Assembly: GCF_963921235.1 (NCBI RefSeq)
Contig: NC_086118.1
Location: 21,144,001 to 21,208,000, forward strand
Length of the DNA stretch: 64,000 nt
Source: Mobula hypostoma
Taxonomy: Eukaryota
Direction of reading: 5' to 3'
In this document: piece by piece, positions 63,630 through 64,000 of the stretch
Position numbering within the stretch: the stretch's first letter is position 1
How the letters are laid out: each line of letters starts with the position of its first letter
Translations under genes and position numbers: made by a program
Notes under the pieces: generated by a model
Seen by the model: only the letters and a program-made list of their open reading frames with translations
Database searches by the model: none
What the model was told of the DNA's origin: nothing

Positions 63630-64000
63630 ATAAAACCCAGTGTCTGTCTATATTACATTTTCTATTATCTTGAAGCAGATCTTTATTCTTAGAGAGCAAT
63701 ACTGTACAAATGGGGAATGCTGGTAGAAGACTTCTGTTTTGGAGAGTAAAGCTCTTTTTTTTGCATGCTTTGGTGAACAAGCTGACAATGACTTGGAGTT
63801 CAGCCTCCAAATGTGTGCATTATTAGCATACCGCAGCTTGATGACTGATGCCACGGGTGGCAGTGATTCATCAATGGAGGTGGTGCAGGTTGAACAGTTT
63901 CCAAGTTGTCCTTTAGGTTAGCTCCACTCCAGTGGAAGCTGGTTGGAGGTGAGGTGCAGCATTACAGTGAGAAGGGGGCGCGAAACGGGCTGGGACAATG
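63630..64000 (-). mobile_element. Decayed RTE (BovB-like) RT fragment running off the window
   Basis: LRYANNAH..EAELQVIV..F resembles the RTE motif ELQYADD..SEAELQ. Confidence 0.6.

Overview
Vertebrate genomic DNA, very likely a cartilaginous fish (probably a ray), inferred from its repeats: CR1, Rex1/Babar, RTE, HERO, Vingi and L1/Tx1 LINEs, Penelope-like elements (PLEs), HE1-type V-SINEs and DeuSINEs. The window lies inside the minus-strand gene B3GNTL1 (QTGAL, queuosine-tRNA galactosyltransferase). Two consecutive coding exons are present, at 49621-49716 and 41926-42050; the ORF track misses both. The rest is intron, mostly nested retrotransposon relics. Main observations: (1) the 3' UTR of a HERO retrotransposon (15499-15616) has all hammerhead-ribozyme core motifs and matching helices, but in a non-circularly permuted, pseudoknotted order; (2) many PLE termini carry minimal hammerheads, often as TSD-flanked fold-back insertions, two of them joined at the predicted cleavage site; (3) there are several atypical insertion structures and local duplications. 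All assignments were made by eye with no database search. TE boundaries without a TSD are approximate.
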